NCBI RefSeq assembly: GCF_000281045.1
Contig: NW_008246076.1
Location: forward strand, 62,001 to 126,000
Origin: Saprolegnia diclina VS20
Lineage: Eukaryota
Length of the DNA stretch: 64,000 bases
Direction: 5' to 3'
Part shown: in pieces, positions 36,846 through 48,478 of the stretch
Layout: every line of letters begins with the position of its first letter
How positions within the stretch are numbered: the stretch's first letter is position 1
The notes under the pieces: generated by a model
The model's database searches: none
Told to the model about the DNA's origin: nothing
Seen by the model: only the letters and a program-made list of their open reading frames with translations
Made by a program: the position numbers and the translations under genes

Positions 36846-37373
36846 ATGGCGTACCGCGAGTGGCACTTCCACACGTACTTTCACGCAGAGAACCCGGAAG
36901 AGCTGGCCAAGGTCACTGCCCTTCGCAACGCGCTCGTCGCGAACCTCGAGAGCAAGGACCGCCGCTTTGTGGCGGTGCCACTGCACCATTTTGTCGGCAA
37001 CAAGACGACCGAGCCGCAGGTGCGCGCCAAGCCCACGCATGGCCTCAACCTCGTGCCCGTGGGCCCGCACCCGATCGGGTCGTTCGAGACGTGGGCGCCC
37101 GTCGAGCACTTTGCTGAAGTCTACTCGTGGTTCGTCGCCAACCGCAACGGCCTCAGCGTCTTCATTCACCCGTTGACGCGCGAGGTACGAGATACTGTGG
37201 TCGTCTATGAAGACAGTTGTGACGATGGGACTGCGTAGGAGATTCGCGATCACACGGAGCGCGCTGCGTGGATGGGCACGCCGCTCGTGCTCGATGTGAG
37301 CTCGCTCGCGACGCAGCTTGCCGAGCCCGCGTCGCAGTACCCGTTCTTTCACCTTGGCTACGCCAGCGAGTAA
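36846..37373 (+). CDS. DOPA 4,5-dioxygenase family protein (2 exons; intron 37185-37238)
   Basis: WHFHTYF..VGPHP..WFVANRNGLSVFIHPLT..DHTERAAWMGTPLVLD. Confidence 0.88.
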
Positions 37374-38592
37374 ATTTGCAGTTGCATCTCGAGTCGCTAA
37401 CTAATGCATGCTTTGTCGTATACGTGCTTGCTTGGAGCTCTAGTCAGTCTCTGCTATTTGGCCACAGTTGTTCGAGCCGAGCGACCACCACTGTACACGG
37501 GTCTCGATCAATGGGCCCTAGACGTAGTCTGCTCTGGTAATTATGGAGTCATGGCTAGCGACGCTCTTAACGTCGAGTTGATCGTGCTGCAGTGCGCTTG
37601 AACACTTTAGAAGGTACTAGTGCTAGTGGGGCGCTGACTAGGACAAGTTGCGAAGCGGTGCGTTCACTCAGCATGGCGTATTCGGTCGTGCTCGCCAAGG
37701 AAAGAAAGCAATTGGTCGTTCCCTGGGTGCTCGCAGAGGCAACACTGAGCACGCAATCACAACATATTCTTTCTGCAAGTCGCACGGTTGCAGTCTTTTG
37801 ACGTTGAAGTTTGGGAAAATGTACACTTACGTGGCGGCACCTGCTGCTTCCACGCACCCGAGATTCATTTGTACAGGGAGGAGGCACTGGGTATGAGGTG
37901 GCGTCGTCGATATGCCGTCGGTGTGGACGTCATCGCAGGGGACCTGAGCCGTCACACGCAGCACGAGGTATCGGATTGAAGCGTAATAGCCCAGGTGAGC
38001 CCAGGTGAGCCAAGGTCATGGTACTGCATGAGTGATGTCATGACGTCAATTAGACGACCTCGAATGGATCGCTACGAAACTCAGCAAGATGGCACTAAGT
38101 TGCCTCTACGAGCAACTGCAAGCGCACCGTCGCCGCATTTTGTTATGTCATCTGCCCAAGCCTACTTGTATTGGTCATACAGCTCAGGCTACAGCGCCAC
38201 AAGGACAACACAGGGAGCTGCGTAGAAGCACGGCGGGAGCAAGTGCAAGTGCTGGTATTTCTTCCTTGCGATTGCTTTTCTCACCTCGGCGCGCCCGATT
38301 GGCCGTCTCGCGAGCGCTGTTTCGCGGGTAAAAGGGCAGCTTCGCGTGCGTGTCATTGATTGGCTTCTTTTCAAATTTGGTCGCATTCGATTGGCTGCGG
38401 CTGGACAATCTTGTGGCAAAGGTCATGACCACGTGTTATTCTGGGCGGGCACCTAAAAATTGCACCCGAAACCTCTGAAAACCCCTCTGACGGCTGTCAC
38501 GTGTGAAACCCAGTTGGTCTTGGCAGAGGGATCGACGCTCAGTGCCGCTTCTTTCAACTCATTCTGCAACAAGAACACTTCCCCCATTTAGT

Positions 38593-39300
38593 ATGACCAC
38601 GACGTCGGCCCAGCGCACGATGCAGGTGCTCGCAAACGGCGACATCGTCGACTGCGCGCGCCTCCCCAACTCGGCCCGCAACACCCTGTACAAGACCGAG
38701 CTCTGCAAGCACTTTACCGAAACCGGCACGTGTCGCTACGGCACCAAGTGCCAGTTTGCGCACGGCGAAGACGAGCTCCGCGGTGTCTTGCGCCACCCCA
38801 AGTACAAGACGACAAAGTGCAAGGCCTTCCTTGCCACCGGCAAGTGCATGTACGGCGGTCGCTGCCGCTTCATCCACGACAGTTCGCCCGAGGAAGACTA
38901 CAGCGACGACGAGGCGCACAGCATGACGCGTGCCGAGCAGGACGCCGAAAACATGAAGGGCCGCGGCCGCCCGATCCCGCGCGTGAGCCCGTCGCGCACC
39001 CGCCACTTTTATGGCGAGCCGGACGCCGAGGGCTCGATCGATTTGAGCTGCTACTCGACGGCGTTCAAGCTCCAGCCGGTCCACGCCGGGAGCTACCCCC
39101 CCTTTGAAGAGACCCGCTTTGCCCGCAAGGAGTACGGCTTTGGCGGCAGCGATACGTCAAGCGACCACACGCCGTCGATGAGCGACGATGAGACGCTCGG
39201 CTTGATGCACCTCAGCCTCGGCAACAACCAGAGCGACGATGATGTCGGCTCGGGCTCGCGGCTCTCGATCTTCCAGCGCATCTGCCGCGCGTCCGACTAG
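38593..39300 (+). CDS. Tandem CCCH zinc-finger RNA-binding protein (TIS11/ZFP36-like)
   Basis: [33 protein letters not shown]. Confidence 0.95.
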   Translation: MTTTSAQRTMQVLANGDIVDCARLPNSARNTLYKTELCKHFTETGTCRYGTKCQFAHGEDELRGVLRHPKYKTTKCKAFLATGKCMYGGRCRFIHDSSPEEDYSDDEAHSMTRAEQDAENMKGRGRPIPRVSPSRTRHFYGEPDAEGSIDLSCYSTAFKLQPVHAGSYPPFEETRFARKEYGFGGSDTSSDHTPSMSDDETLGLMHLSLGNNQSDDDVGSGSRLSIFQRICRASD

Positions 39301-40135
39301 CGTGCTTCACTGTGGGGTCGCGACCCTATTTATCATCCCCATTTTTATAAACATCCTCGAGGTTAGAGTGAACACCTATCTATCAAGTCGGCAACTATAA
39401 GCAACAAATGTATTCTAAGTGTTTTTCAACGCTTGGGAACGTGTTTCAGCAAGAGCGCTATTGCGGCGAGTTTTTCTTTGGTCCTGTGAGACTAGCAAAC
39501 ATGGACTAGATCGGCGGCCGATGCACGTGATGCAGGTAGAGAGCTCAAGAGCTTCCTACTGATCCATGCCTACTGCATAAGAGATGTCGTGCATCACTGA
39601 GATGACGCGCAACATTCATGAACTCCATCCTCTGCGGTACCGGTTTTGTGGCCCTGACGATCTGGCTTGCGTCGTTCACGCTGCAACGTTTTGTTTTCAT
39701 CTTAGTCGATTGATCGATTGATTGGCATTCAAAGTGTTGAACAAGAACAGACTGCAAATGCTGCCAATTAAGATTTCCGTAGCGCTACGATCCACTCAGA
39801 TCTCAGTCGGTTGCTCTACCATCCCACATCTCAGTGGAGTAAGATCTCAGAGGAGCTAGATCCACCAAGATCTTAATCGGCAAATACTTCAGCTACGATC
39901 GACACGTGTGCGTCGCAGCTCTTCAAGTGTCAAGCGCGACCTTCCTGACGACGGCGCGGAGCCTGGCACCGTGGAGAGGGCTTCACTTGAGAAGCTGTGG
40001 GAATTCTCGCTTCCTCCACTTATCCATTAAATTCTTATCTGCAGGTGTCTCGAGGAACACAACTCAACACAACGCAGTTTTGAACGTAGTATGGAGTTAC
40101 ACTAATTACATGCCGGATGGCGTCTCAGCTGCGAA

Positions 40136-40765
40136 TCAATCGTCGTTGGCGAACGCGCGGTGTCGATAGCAATAGCGGCGAGCGCGGGCGTGGCGACTAC
40201 ACCCTGGCGCAAGACACTGCTCGCCGCCACCGTGACGCACACAGCGGCCGTTGCCGCGATCTTTCTTGCCGCAGCCTTCGATTTGGCACGTGCGCCGCCC
40301 TCCGTGGCGGTAGCAGAGCTGGTTCATTTGGGCGTAGCGCCGACATCCGTCTTGGAGGCAAAATCGGAGCGTGCCTCGTCGCAGAGATAGGTCGTCGTCG
40401 TCGAAGGAGCTTTCGGCACTAAATGCGATTCCATGGACGACGTCGTCAACCGTCGTCTCGTCAAGTGCAAGTGGAATATCGTCGATGACGGCGCTAGCGC
40501 GGAGCAGCTCGTCTACACAAATGCTGTATTGAGTCGATAGGCAGCTGAGTGTACCGAGAAAGGACTCGGATGGAAGCCACACGGGAAACATCGCCAGGTC
40601 GATGCCTCTACCGTCGTGTTGGCCTGCGCCTTGGAAGGACGTCACGGCCGCGACAACCGAGTTTGGAGGGTCTTCGGCTTCCCCGCCTGCTGTGGGCTCG
40701 GCGTTCATTCGGAGTATGAGCCCACTCGCGGCGTCGAGCGCAGGACGAGAGGAAAGGGCTGGCAT
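40136..40765 (-). CDS. Protein with C-x4-C...C-x2-HGG repeats (WRKY19-like zinc repeats common in oomycetes)
   Basis: CLQDGC..CYRHGG, CQIEGC..CVRHGGG and CLAPGC..CYRH. Confidence 0.8.
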   Translation of the reverse strand: MPALSSRPALDAASGLILRMNAEPTAGGEAEDPPNSVVAAVTSFQGAGQHDGRGIDLAMFPVWLPSESFLGTLSCLSTQYSICVDELLRASAVIDDIPLALDETTVDDVVHGIAFSAESSFDDDDLSLRRGTLRFCLQDGCRRYAQMNQLCYRHGGRRTCQIEGCGKKDRGNGRCVRHGGGEQCLAPGCSRHARARRYCYRHRAFANDD

Positions 40766-40961
40766 GCACGTCGCAGGGACGTTGAACCCATAAAACCTAC
40801 ATAGGCATGACGTGGCAGGCGTTTAGCGCGTTTAACGCATCGCGGTGACGGTTTCAGATCTGCGACATGCCGTATGCGAAGCCAAGACGAGGACAACTCG
40901 GGACACGGGAAACGTTCTTAGTCCATAAAATATAAGATCGAGCGTATGCATATATATAAGA

Positions 40962-43900
40962 TCACGCAAGCCACGTCGTGAGGGCCGCCTGCGCCTGGGC
41001 CGAGCACATTTGCGCGACGACTGCGGCAACGTTGGTCTCAGCGACCGGCGCTGCGTGGAAGCGCTTCCAGAACGCGCGCTCGTTTTCAATCGCGTCTAGA
41101 TACCAGAATCCAGAATCTAGTCCGCGACGATAATGTTGAGTCGAATTGTACCTTGTCCACTGGTCGCTGCCTTGGGTGCGTCGTCGTCCCACGAGTCCCA
41201 CGCTGTGTCCTAGCACTTCACTCACAACGGAGCACCCTTGGCACGAAACGAACCTTGGCGGCCGCACTCGATCCAGCCTACGCATTTACCGCCGCGTTAG
41301 AGCCTGAAGCTGCACCGTTCTCTTACGCTGCCGAGGGGCTCGAGAAGTGCGTTCAGCGTCGGCGCAAGGCGAGATGGTCCAAGCCGGGGGGCGAGGAGCT
41401 CCATCAGATGCAGTATCTATGCTGTCATGAAGCGTTTCTTGCATGGATGCCGGCGGTCAACCTTGGCGCGTTGCAACGGATGACAGCTCCAGTGGACGAG
41501 CAAGCGCAGCGGCCCTTGGACCGCGCGCTCGAGCGACGCTTCGTCCCAGTCGTCGCGGCTTCTCGCCTAGCCATACCTCGTCCTTTATAATCCGCTCTCT
41601 TTATTATACTAGTTGACACCGCAAGCAGTAAAAGCGTGTCGAGCAAAAGCGCGTAGGCTTCGCCCATGTCGACAATGATCCAGCGCAGCTACCAAAGCAC
41701 CTTCAGACTCATCCAAACTTGAGAGCGTACGCTGTCGTCGCTTGGCTCGATCCACGAGCTCACGACCAGTACGAGGTGGTGCAGTTGCGACGCCAGCACG
41801 GCGGGCGACATGACCTGCACGAGCGACGGAAGGAAGCGCACCACTGTGGAGCTAGGGACACAACGTGAGAGTCGTCGGCAAGAGAAAGCAGTTGAACCTC
41901 ATCGAACGATCGAGGCTAGGATCTTTGCCCACGGATGCAGGAGCCAAGGCGCAGTGAGACGCCATGCATGATAGCATCGATGCGCAGAGCGGCTCGGCAA
42001 AGCTCGGTGCTTGCACCAAATAGACGAGCGACGCTTCGATCAGCGCAAGGACATCTGTCTTTTCTTGCAGCAGCCGCGGGTCATTCGCCAAGAGGACTAG
42101 ACACACAATTATAAACTAGGAGTAGCTGCATTCCGGTGCGTACGCGGTAGCATAGTGTCGGTGGTACTCTGTGCCATGGCCGTGAGCACCGCCAGCGTCG
42201 GTGTCGGCGCCGCGCGCTGCACCTACAACGCCACCCCGCGTCAACAATGACGAACAACCCCAAGGACTCACTTCTTGCAGAAACCGCGTGTGCAGCAGGA
42301 GCGCGCGAATCCCGAGACACACAAAGCGAACGTCGGTCGTCGTTGCTGCTTGGCGCGCTTGCCATGAGAGTAGAAGCTCGGGCGACTCGAGCCAGAGGCT
42401 CAGTCGCACGAGGCCGGGCAGTGTCTGGGCCGCAATGCGTTTGAGCTACAGAATCCAACGCCATATTTCGACACGACAAAATCTTCGTCGTACCTCAAAC
42501 TGGGACGAGCAAAAACACTCGAATGTCATGTCCATGTAGGCGTGCCACAGCTCTGAGAAGCGCACGAGCTTGGCGTCGACCAGCTGCTGCACCACCGAGA
42601 TGCCGGTGGCCGCAGCCTCCGTGGGCCACGTCGCCAGCGGCGCCATGTCGTGGGCAAACGTATAGTACGCTGCATCAGCACTGACGCGACGCCACACGGT
42701 CAGCGCCGGCTCGCTACATGCAGGCTTGTGAATACCTCTGAGGTACTCGCGTGCGCACCTTAGTGGTGGCGGTACCAAGAAGGCTTTGCTTTCAACAGCG
42801 TCGATCGCCGTCACGGATGTTGCGAGCTGGTGGTGGCCCAGAAGGCTGAGCACCGCATCCAAGCTCATAAGGCGCCCTGTTGAAGGAATTTTCTAGAGTG
42901 TATTGAGACGAGCCATACGTACCTTCGAGGCGCTGCCAGAAGAAATCGCGCTGCGCTGCGTCCGGGTGCACCGAGCACGGTGTCGCGAGCGACGTCAAGA
43001 TGGACTGCAATAAGCGCAAGCTCGTCTCGGATGGCGCCAAAATGCTGAGTTCGGCAAAGGCGCGCACGAGCAGACTCGATTTTTGGCGGACGGTAGACGC
43101 GAGGTGCATGATGTACTTCTCACACGTCGGAAAGACCACGTGCCAGTGCTTGGCGAGGAACGTGATGGGAACGTGCGGCACGAGTTGCGCGGCGACGTCC
43201 AAGAGGCCTTTTTCGCAGTTTAGCGATGATACTAGACCAAAAGGCGCACCTTCGGCGTGCGCGGCTGGGAGGACGTCGTGCGGCGAGTGCAAGTGGAGCT
43301 TGCTAATGACTTCTTGAAAGGTGCCGATCTAGTGAGGTACACTAGTGTCTAATATAACATTTCCCTCAAAAGTAGGGACCTGCGTAAACGGATCCGAAAT
43401 GGCCACGTAGTTGGTCATCGCGGCGGTCGCGTGCTCTCGGACGCTAAGTTGTTCGTTCTTCATTGCGCTGTAGACCGCCTACCCGTGGTGAGTTTTGTAG
43501 GCCATACTAGAGTCGAAGCACCGGTTTGAGGTCCGTGAGCAGAATCGACGGCAGGTGGTCCAGCGTGTGCCCACTTAGGATATAGCCTGCCGATCCCACG
43601 CGTTTGATCGTGCTCAGCAGCATGGCGAGGAGGTAGAAGCCGCCGTCCAGTGACCGCCACTCGGTGCCATCGGTCTTGCAGAGACGCAAAATGTCGATGA
43701 AAACAGCCTCCAGCGTCGCCAACGGCAGCACTGGCACCAGATGCTTGGCGACGTAGCGCCCGCCGTCCTTGCGCACCTGCGACCACACGTCCGTCACGAC
43801 CGTGTGGACCACCTCGACGACCAAGTCGGTTTTCTACAGCCATTTCGGATCAGCGTGGGCAAACGAGCTTGGAAAAGCACCTCGACAAGCGGGGTCAGTG

Positions 43901-44179
43901 AGAGCCCGAGTACGCTGAGCTTGAGGCGAATGGCCGGGTCCTCCGTGTCACAAAGCGCCTGAATAACGTCGTTCAACGCCGCGTCGGGGCGCTGACGGAG
44001 CCGGTCTTCGAGCTCGATGACATTGTTGTCTGTGCCCTTGGCACTATAGCCACCATGTTCATATTGAGATATACCAAAAGGAGAACGCACGACGCGTAGC
44101 AGTCAAGCAGGAGCTGGAACGGCGCCGACTCGGTCGACTTGTGCGCTGTCGCAACGATGGCCGCCCGGGTCGCACGCAT
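40962..44179 (-). CDS. Large helical-repeat (HEAT/ARM-like) hypothetical protein, many exons
   Basis: Continuous series of Leu-rich minus-strand exons with short introns; 'EQLSVREHATAA' is HEAT-like. Confidence 0.6.
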
Positions 44180-44565
44180 CGTTGACGGTTTTGGGCAAAA
44201 ACGACTGATCGTAGATTAGTTATCATTTCAAACAAGTGTACTTTCTAAGAGAATTTGTGGCTGTTGTGGCCAAACACAACCTCTGCGCGACTCTCGTTCG
44301 TACTAACAGTAAGCTTGCGTGTTTACCATCGCTTGAGCACCGATCAAGTGCACGTTCGTCATGCCTTGCTCCTTGCAGAAAGACCGCAAGACAAGAATCG
44401 TGAATCAGACGCCGCCAGCTTCAAGTTCGTTTTCATAAGTACATTTTGCTCCTGGGTGTGCTGGAGGAACCAAACAGATGATGCAGCCCAGGGGTAAATA
44501 ATAGTACCCATGATGCAGCCCCCGTATCGCCCTTGATGACTCAGTGCTGAAATGAGCTATTAACA

Positions 44566-44761
44566 TGCAATTATATAGTGAAGATGGTGGACGTCCTAAT
44601 GTGCTCGTGAGGTTTGGCCGGTGCGCCTGGTCGGGGCTCGGGATTGAGTGAGGGATGAGGTAGTGAGCACACCTAGGGTCGGCGCGTAGGGCATGGAGCG
44701 ACTCGGCCAGCGAAGGCACCACGGCGCGGCGAGCCAAGTGCCGGATATGCAATCGCGTGAT
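44566..44761 (-). mobile_element. Short 5'-truncated copy of a LINE-like 3' end
   Basis: Reverse-complement match to 63572-63780 with substitutions and a small indel. Confidence 0.7.
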
Positions 44762-44982
44762 TGTTGATAACTCTGTGTCATACCCGAGCACCCAGAGGTG
44801 GTATTAGTACACTAATACGAGTAGTCAGAACTCTGGTAGTAGTCAGTGGAGTCAGTGACCACAAACAATTAAACTCAGATTTTTTGGATACAACGCGTAT
44901 CCGCCCTCTTCGGAATTCCGTTCGCGTCCGGTTCGTTCACAGTGTACTGGTCTCTGACAAGCTCACTTTAAAATTTACGGAA

Positions 44983-45510
44983 ATGCCATCGAAGACACTT
45001 GGTCTCTTGCTTCTTTACGTGGCCGCCGCCGCGGGCTGCTCAGCGACGGGCAAAACGGTCTCAGTCACGGGCTACATCATGGACAACCTCTGCATCGACA
45101 TGGGCACGCTTCTCGACAAGCCGCAAGTCAAGACGCTTCTCAACCCCGAGCTGCACTCGATCCACTGCCTCGTGGACGTCAAGGCGTGCGTTAGCTCCAA
45201 GTACACGGTGCTTGCGCCGCCCACCGGCAACGCATCGAACCTTTACTCCGTAGCCTACCAGCTCGACGCCGGCACGACCGAGAAGCTCCAGGCGCTGGCC
45301 GAAGCGGCGCGGAAGGCGGGCGGCAACCAAGGCTTTGCAGCGACGCTGACGGGCATTGACGACGGCAGCAAGACGCTGCAGTGTGCGACCATCGACCCAA
45401 CGGTCAACGTCGACGGAAAGGCCATCACCGTCACGAGCGCCGGCAGTGCCACGTCACTCCTTTCATCACTGGTCGCCCTCGTGGCCGTGGCCGTCGTGCT
45501 CGTAGTTTAG
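44983..45510 (+). CDS. Third, diverged paralog of the secreted GPI-type Cys/His protein
   Basis: Signal peptide, GYIMDNLC..HSIHCLVDVKAC..ATLTGIDDG and hydrophobic C-terminus. Confidence 0.85.
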   Translation: MPSKTLGLLLLYVAAAAGCSATGKTVSVTGYIMDNLCIDMGTLLDKPQVKTLLNPELHSIHCLVDVKACVSSKYTVLAPPTGNASNLYSVAYQLDAGTTEKLQALAEAARKAGGNQGFAATLTGIDDGSKTLQCATIDPTVNVDGKAITVTSAGSATSLLSSLVALVAVAVVLVV

Positions 45511-45617
45511 ATTCAATATGTGGTCTTTTCGACCTTTGTATACGTGGCGATATATGCAAACCTTGATCATTTAAAAAGCTGTGCTCAGTACATAAAATGA
45601 TTATAATCATCAGCGAC

Positions 45618-46646
45618 TATTCTTCGCGGAGGCAAAGGGTTCGCTGCGAGTGTTTCTGCGCGTTGGCGAGGATCGACGTCATAATGGCAGCGTCGCCACT
45701 CGTGTCGGCCGCACCGCTACGCGAGAAAGCACTTGCAACTCATGTACAATAAATGAATCAAGCACCTCGTGAGCAGCTCCTTGATCATGGCGCTGGACCC
45801 TCCCCGGTTGCGTGGTGGCAGCGGGCAGTAGTTGGCTCCCAACCTAGATGGGTTTCAGTTGCCCTTGTACAACATGCATCGGGTGTACGCGGGGTCGTAA
45901 GTCAATTGAACCGCGGGCGTCTAGCGCGCGATTTTGATTTACGATTCCAGGACCAGCCAGTATTACCTTGAGAGCTTTGGGGCTAAACGCTTGGTTGACG
46001 TACTTCGTATCCACAGCTTCGATGCGGTCCCGAAAGCTCTACATGACGTGCAAACCCACTCGACATCACAGCATCAAACCTGCTCGATGACAACTTTTTG
46101 CGCCTGGAACTCGCGCACTTGGGTCTCATTGGCCTAATACCGTATCGAGTCGTCGTAATATCGCTCTCCATGCACCTCGGTGCTGGCCGACAACGCCGCT
46201 CGCAAGGTCGTGATCTCGAGCAGCAGAGTCGCTTCTTTTTGGCGGTAGACTTCGCGCACTTCAGCTTCGTGCGTCTATGCAAGGTCAACGCATCTCGGGA
46301 TCGTAAACGTACGAGGAGCGTCGCTTCGGCCTTGTCGGCGCGTCGTGTGTGGTACTCGAGCGAGTGCCGCAGGCCCTTGATCTCGTCCCGAAGCGCCTGG
46401 TTTTCTTTGGCGACACTCTCCGAGATGGTGCCGGACGCGCACTTGGCGCATGCACGCACAGGACTTGGCTCGAGCTCCATGGCTTGACCTTCCTCTGCAC
46501 TGGACGAGCTCTAGTACAGAGAAATGGGGTAGTAGCCAGTGGACAGGGCGACCAAGTACGTCGTCTGCGGCCACGTGCACGGCGTTGGAGCGTCGCCGCC
46601 GCTTGTCAGTCGCAGCGCTGCTATCCCTGCGCACAGGTGTGCTCAT
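45618..46646 (-). CDS. Hypothetical coiled-coil protein (multi-exon; 3' end uncertain)
   Basis: Exon-like segments such as 'AKENQALRDEIKGLRHSLEYHTRRADKAE' with splice-like boundaries. Confidence 0.45.
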
Positions 46647-48118
46647 ACGGGATTGCTATTTTAGTGCATCTGATGTGGCGTTTCCGTCATATACATATAC
46701 TAACGTTAGAACAACTACGCTCAGTCTTCGTACACGCTTGCGGGACCAGGCGACCGAGCTCCGGACTCGAAGAAACCACCTCTCGGCGTCATCGACGCAC
46801 GTGCTTCCATTTACAGGGAAGACCATAGATGCGCGCGGTTGCACGTCGCTGCGATGCCTCCGAGCTAACGTAGTAGGAGCTCCCCACGCTGTGGATCGAC
46901 GCATGTTGGTGGGACGCGCTTGATTTTTGCTTGGGTGCGTAGCCTCTCGCGCGTACCAAGCCCGCGTAGCATAGCATCATCGTCATCCGCTCCGAGCTGC
47001 TCTGTTGTGGGACACGGGCGCGGCCGTACGTGCCCGCGCCGCTACTGGATTTCTCTGCGTACCGTACGTGCAACTGGCTCTGCTGCGGTATAATACCGGT
47101 GCTAGCTCAAGGCGTGACTCATAGGGACACCTGTATCATGCAAGGCACGCGTCTTGGCCTTTGTCGGCGTCGCGAATGCCGCGCTTGAAGTGCGAGTTTG
47201 CCGCGGCTGCTTCAACTTGCACAGCGTCGGGCGCGGCGGAGGCTGTGCAAGTTGAAAAAACCAGCGTCTTGTTCAAGGTGTGGCGGTGCGACATGGATCC
47301 TAGAACCTCCTGGAGCTATAATAGGTTCCTACTCTATAGCACGAGGATTCGTAAATTCACTAGCGGATTTCTGCTCGCTGTGGCAGCACCAGTGTTTCGA
47401 AGCGGTGTAGCGACGAGCGACGAACCAGACTCGCGTCAAGATGAGCTTGTAGACTTGTAGCTGCTCTACGGCTGGCTACCTTGAAGCCAATGGTGGTAGG
47501 ACGTTTTGGCCACGTGGCCAATTGAATGGCCCGGGTGGCTGCGCATCTACTTGATTTCTTCGTACCAGCTGGTTCAAGGTGGGAGCCACTCGTGTCACAC
47601 AACGAACCCAACGTAACTTGCCGACGAAACGCCCGCGTTAAACGACGCCATGCGTTAAACACGAGGTTTAACCTCGTTGCCACGACGCAAGCCGACACGA
47701 CATTGTGCAGGAGCAAACCTTGCCACACCACATCAATGAAGAGGAGATACAGAAAGAGCGCGGTCGATATCGAGACAAATGGATTCACAGCTCATGACGG
47801 CACAACGTTTAACGCACATGCGTTTTAGAAAAGACGCGCTGCTTCAGGCGTTAAACACTGTTGGGTAAACAGAGCCGACCACCCATGTTGTGCGAGACCG
47901 ACTGTCCATGTGGCCATCGGCGGCGGGTGAGGTTATCCATTTTGCTGGCAACCGGACTGCAACCGGCGTGGCGCGGGCCACGGTGTCGGCCGTCGTTGCA
48001 CCACGAACGTGGCGACGCCTATCTATGCTTCAAGACCGAGGTTGGCGTTGATCAGTTTGGATGAATAATTGGGGTTAAAATAAGTAAACGAGAGGAATAA
48101 ATAGGGCAGGAGCCGTGC

Positions 48119-48478
48119 TTAACAGAGGCGCGGGGCTTCGTCGACCGTCGTGTCGTGCAGCCACGAGTGCTGCCAGAAGTCGAGGAGCTCCAGCTGCATG
48201 CCCGCGTTAAAGTCCTTGCTTTTGGCGTTGACGTCAAAGCTTGTCGTAGATGGGCACGTGAGCAAGCTCGCGAGTTCGTCTTGGGGCTGCGGCGTGTCGT
48301 AGAGCTCGGCGATCCATTCGTCGAGGCGCGCTTTCCGGGCCAGGTCGGCGGCTGAGAGGCTGCGGTGACGGATCTGTGAGATGCGCTTGCGCGGGTGGAG
48401 CTCGTTGTCGACCTCGAGGGCAGGCAGGTCGACGCAGCTAATGCTGCGCTTGATACAGGTCGAGGCGGACCGCTTCAT
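48119..48478 (-). CDS. Small hypothetical protein
   Basis: ORF MKRSASTCIKRSISCVDLP..LELLDFW with coding-like composition, followed by an AT-rich 3' region. Confidence 0.6.
   Translation of the reverse strand: MKRSASTCIKRSISCVDLPALEVDNELHPRKRISQIRHRSLSAADLARKARLDEWIAELYDTPQPQDELASLLTCPSTTSFDVNAKSKDFNAGMQLELLDFWQHSWLHDTTVDEAPRLC

Noticed and set aside
37989..38012. AGCCCAGGTG tandem repeat as a possible CRISPR-like array
   Set aside because: Only about 2.4 adjacent copies with no spacers, in a eukaryotic context
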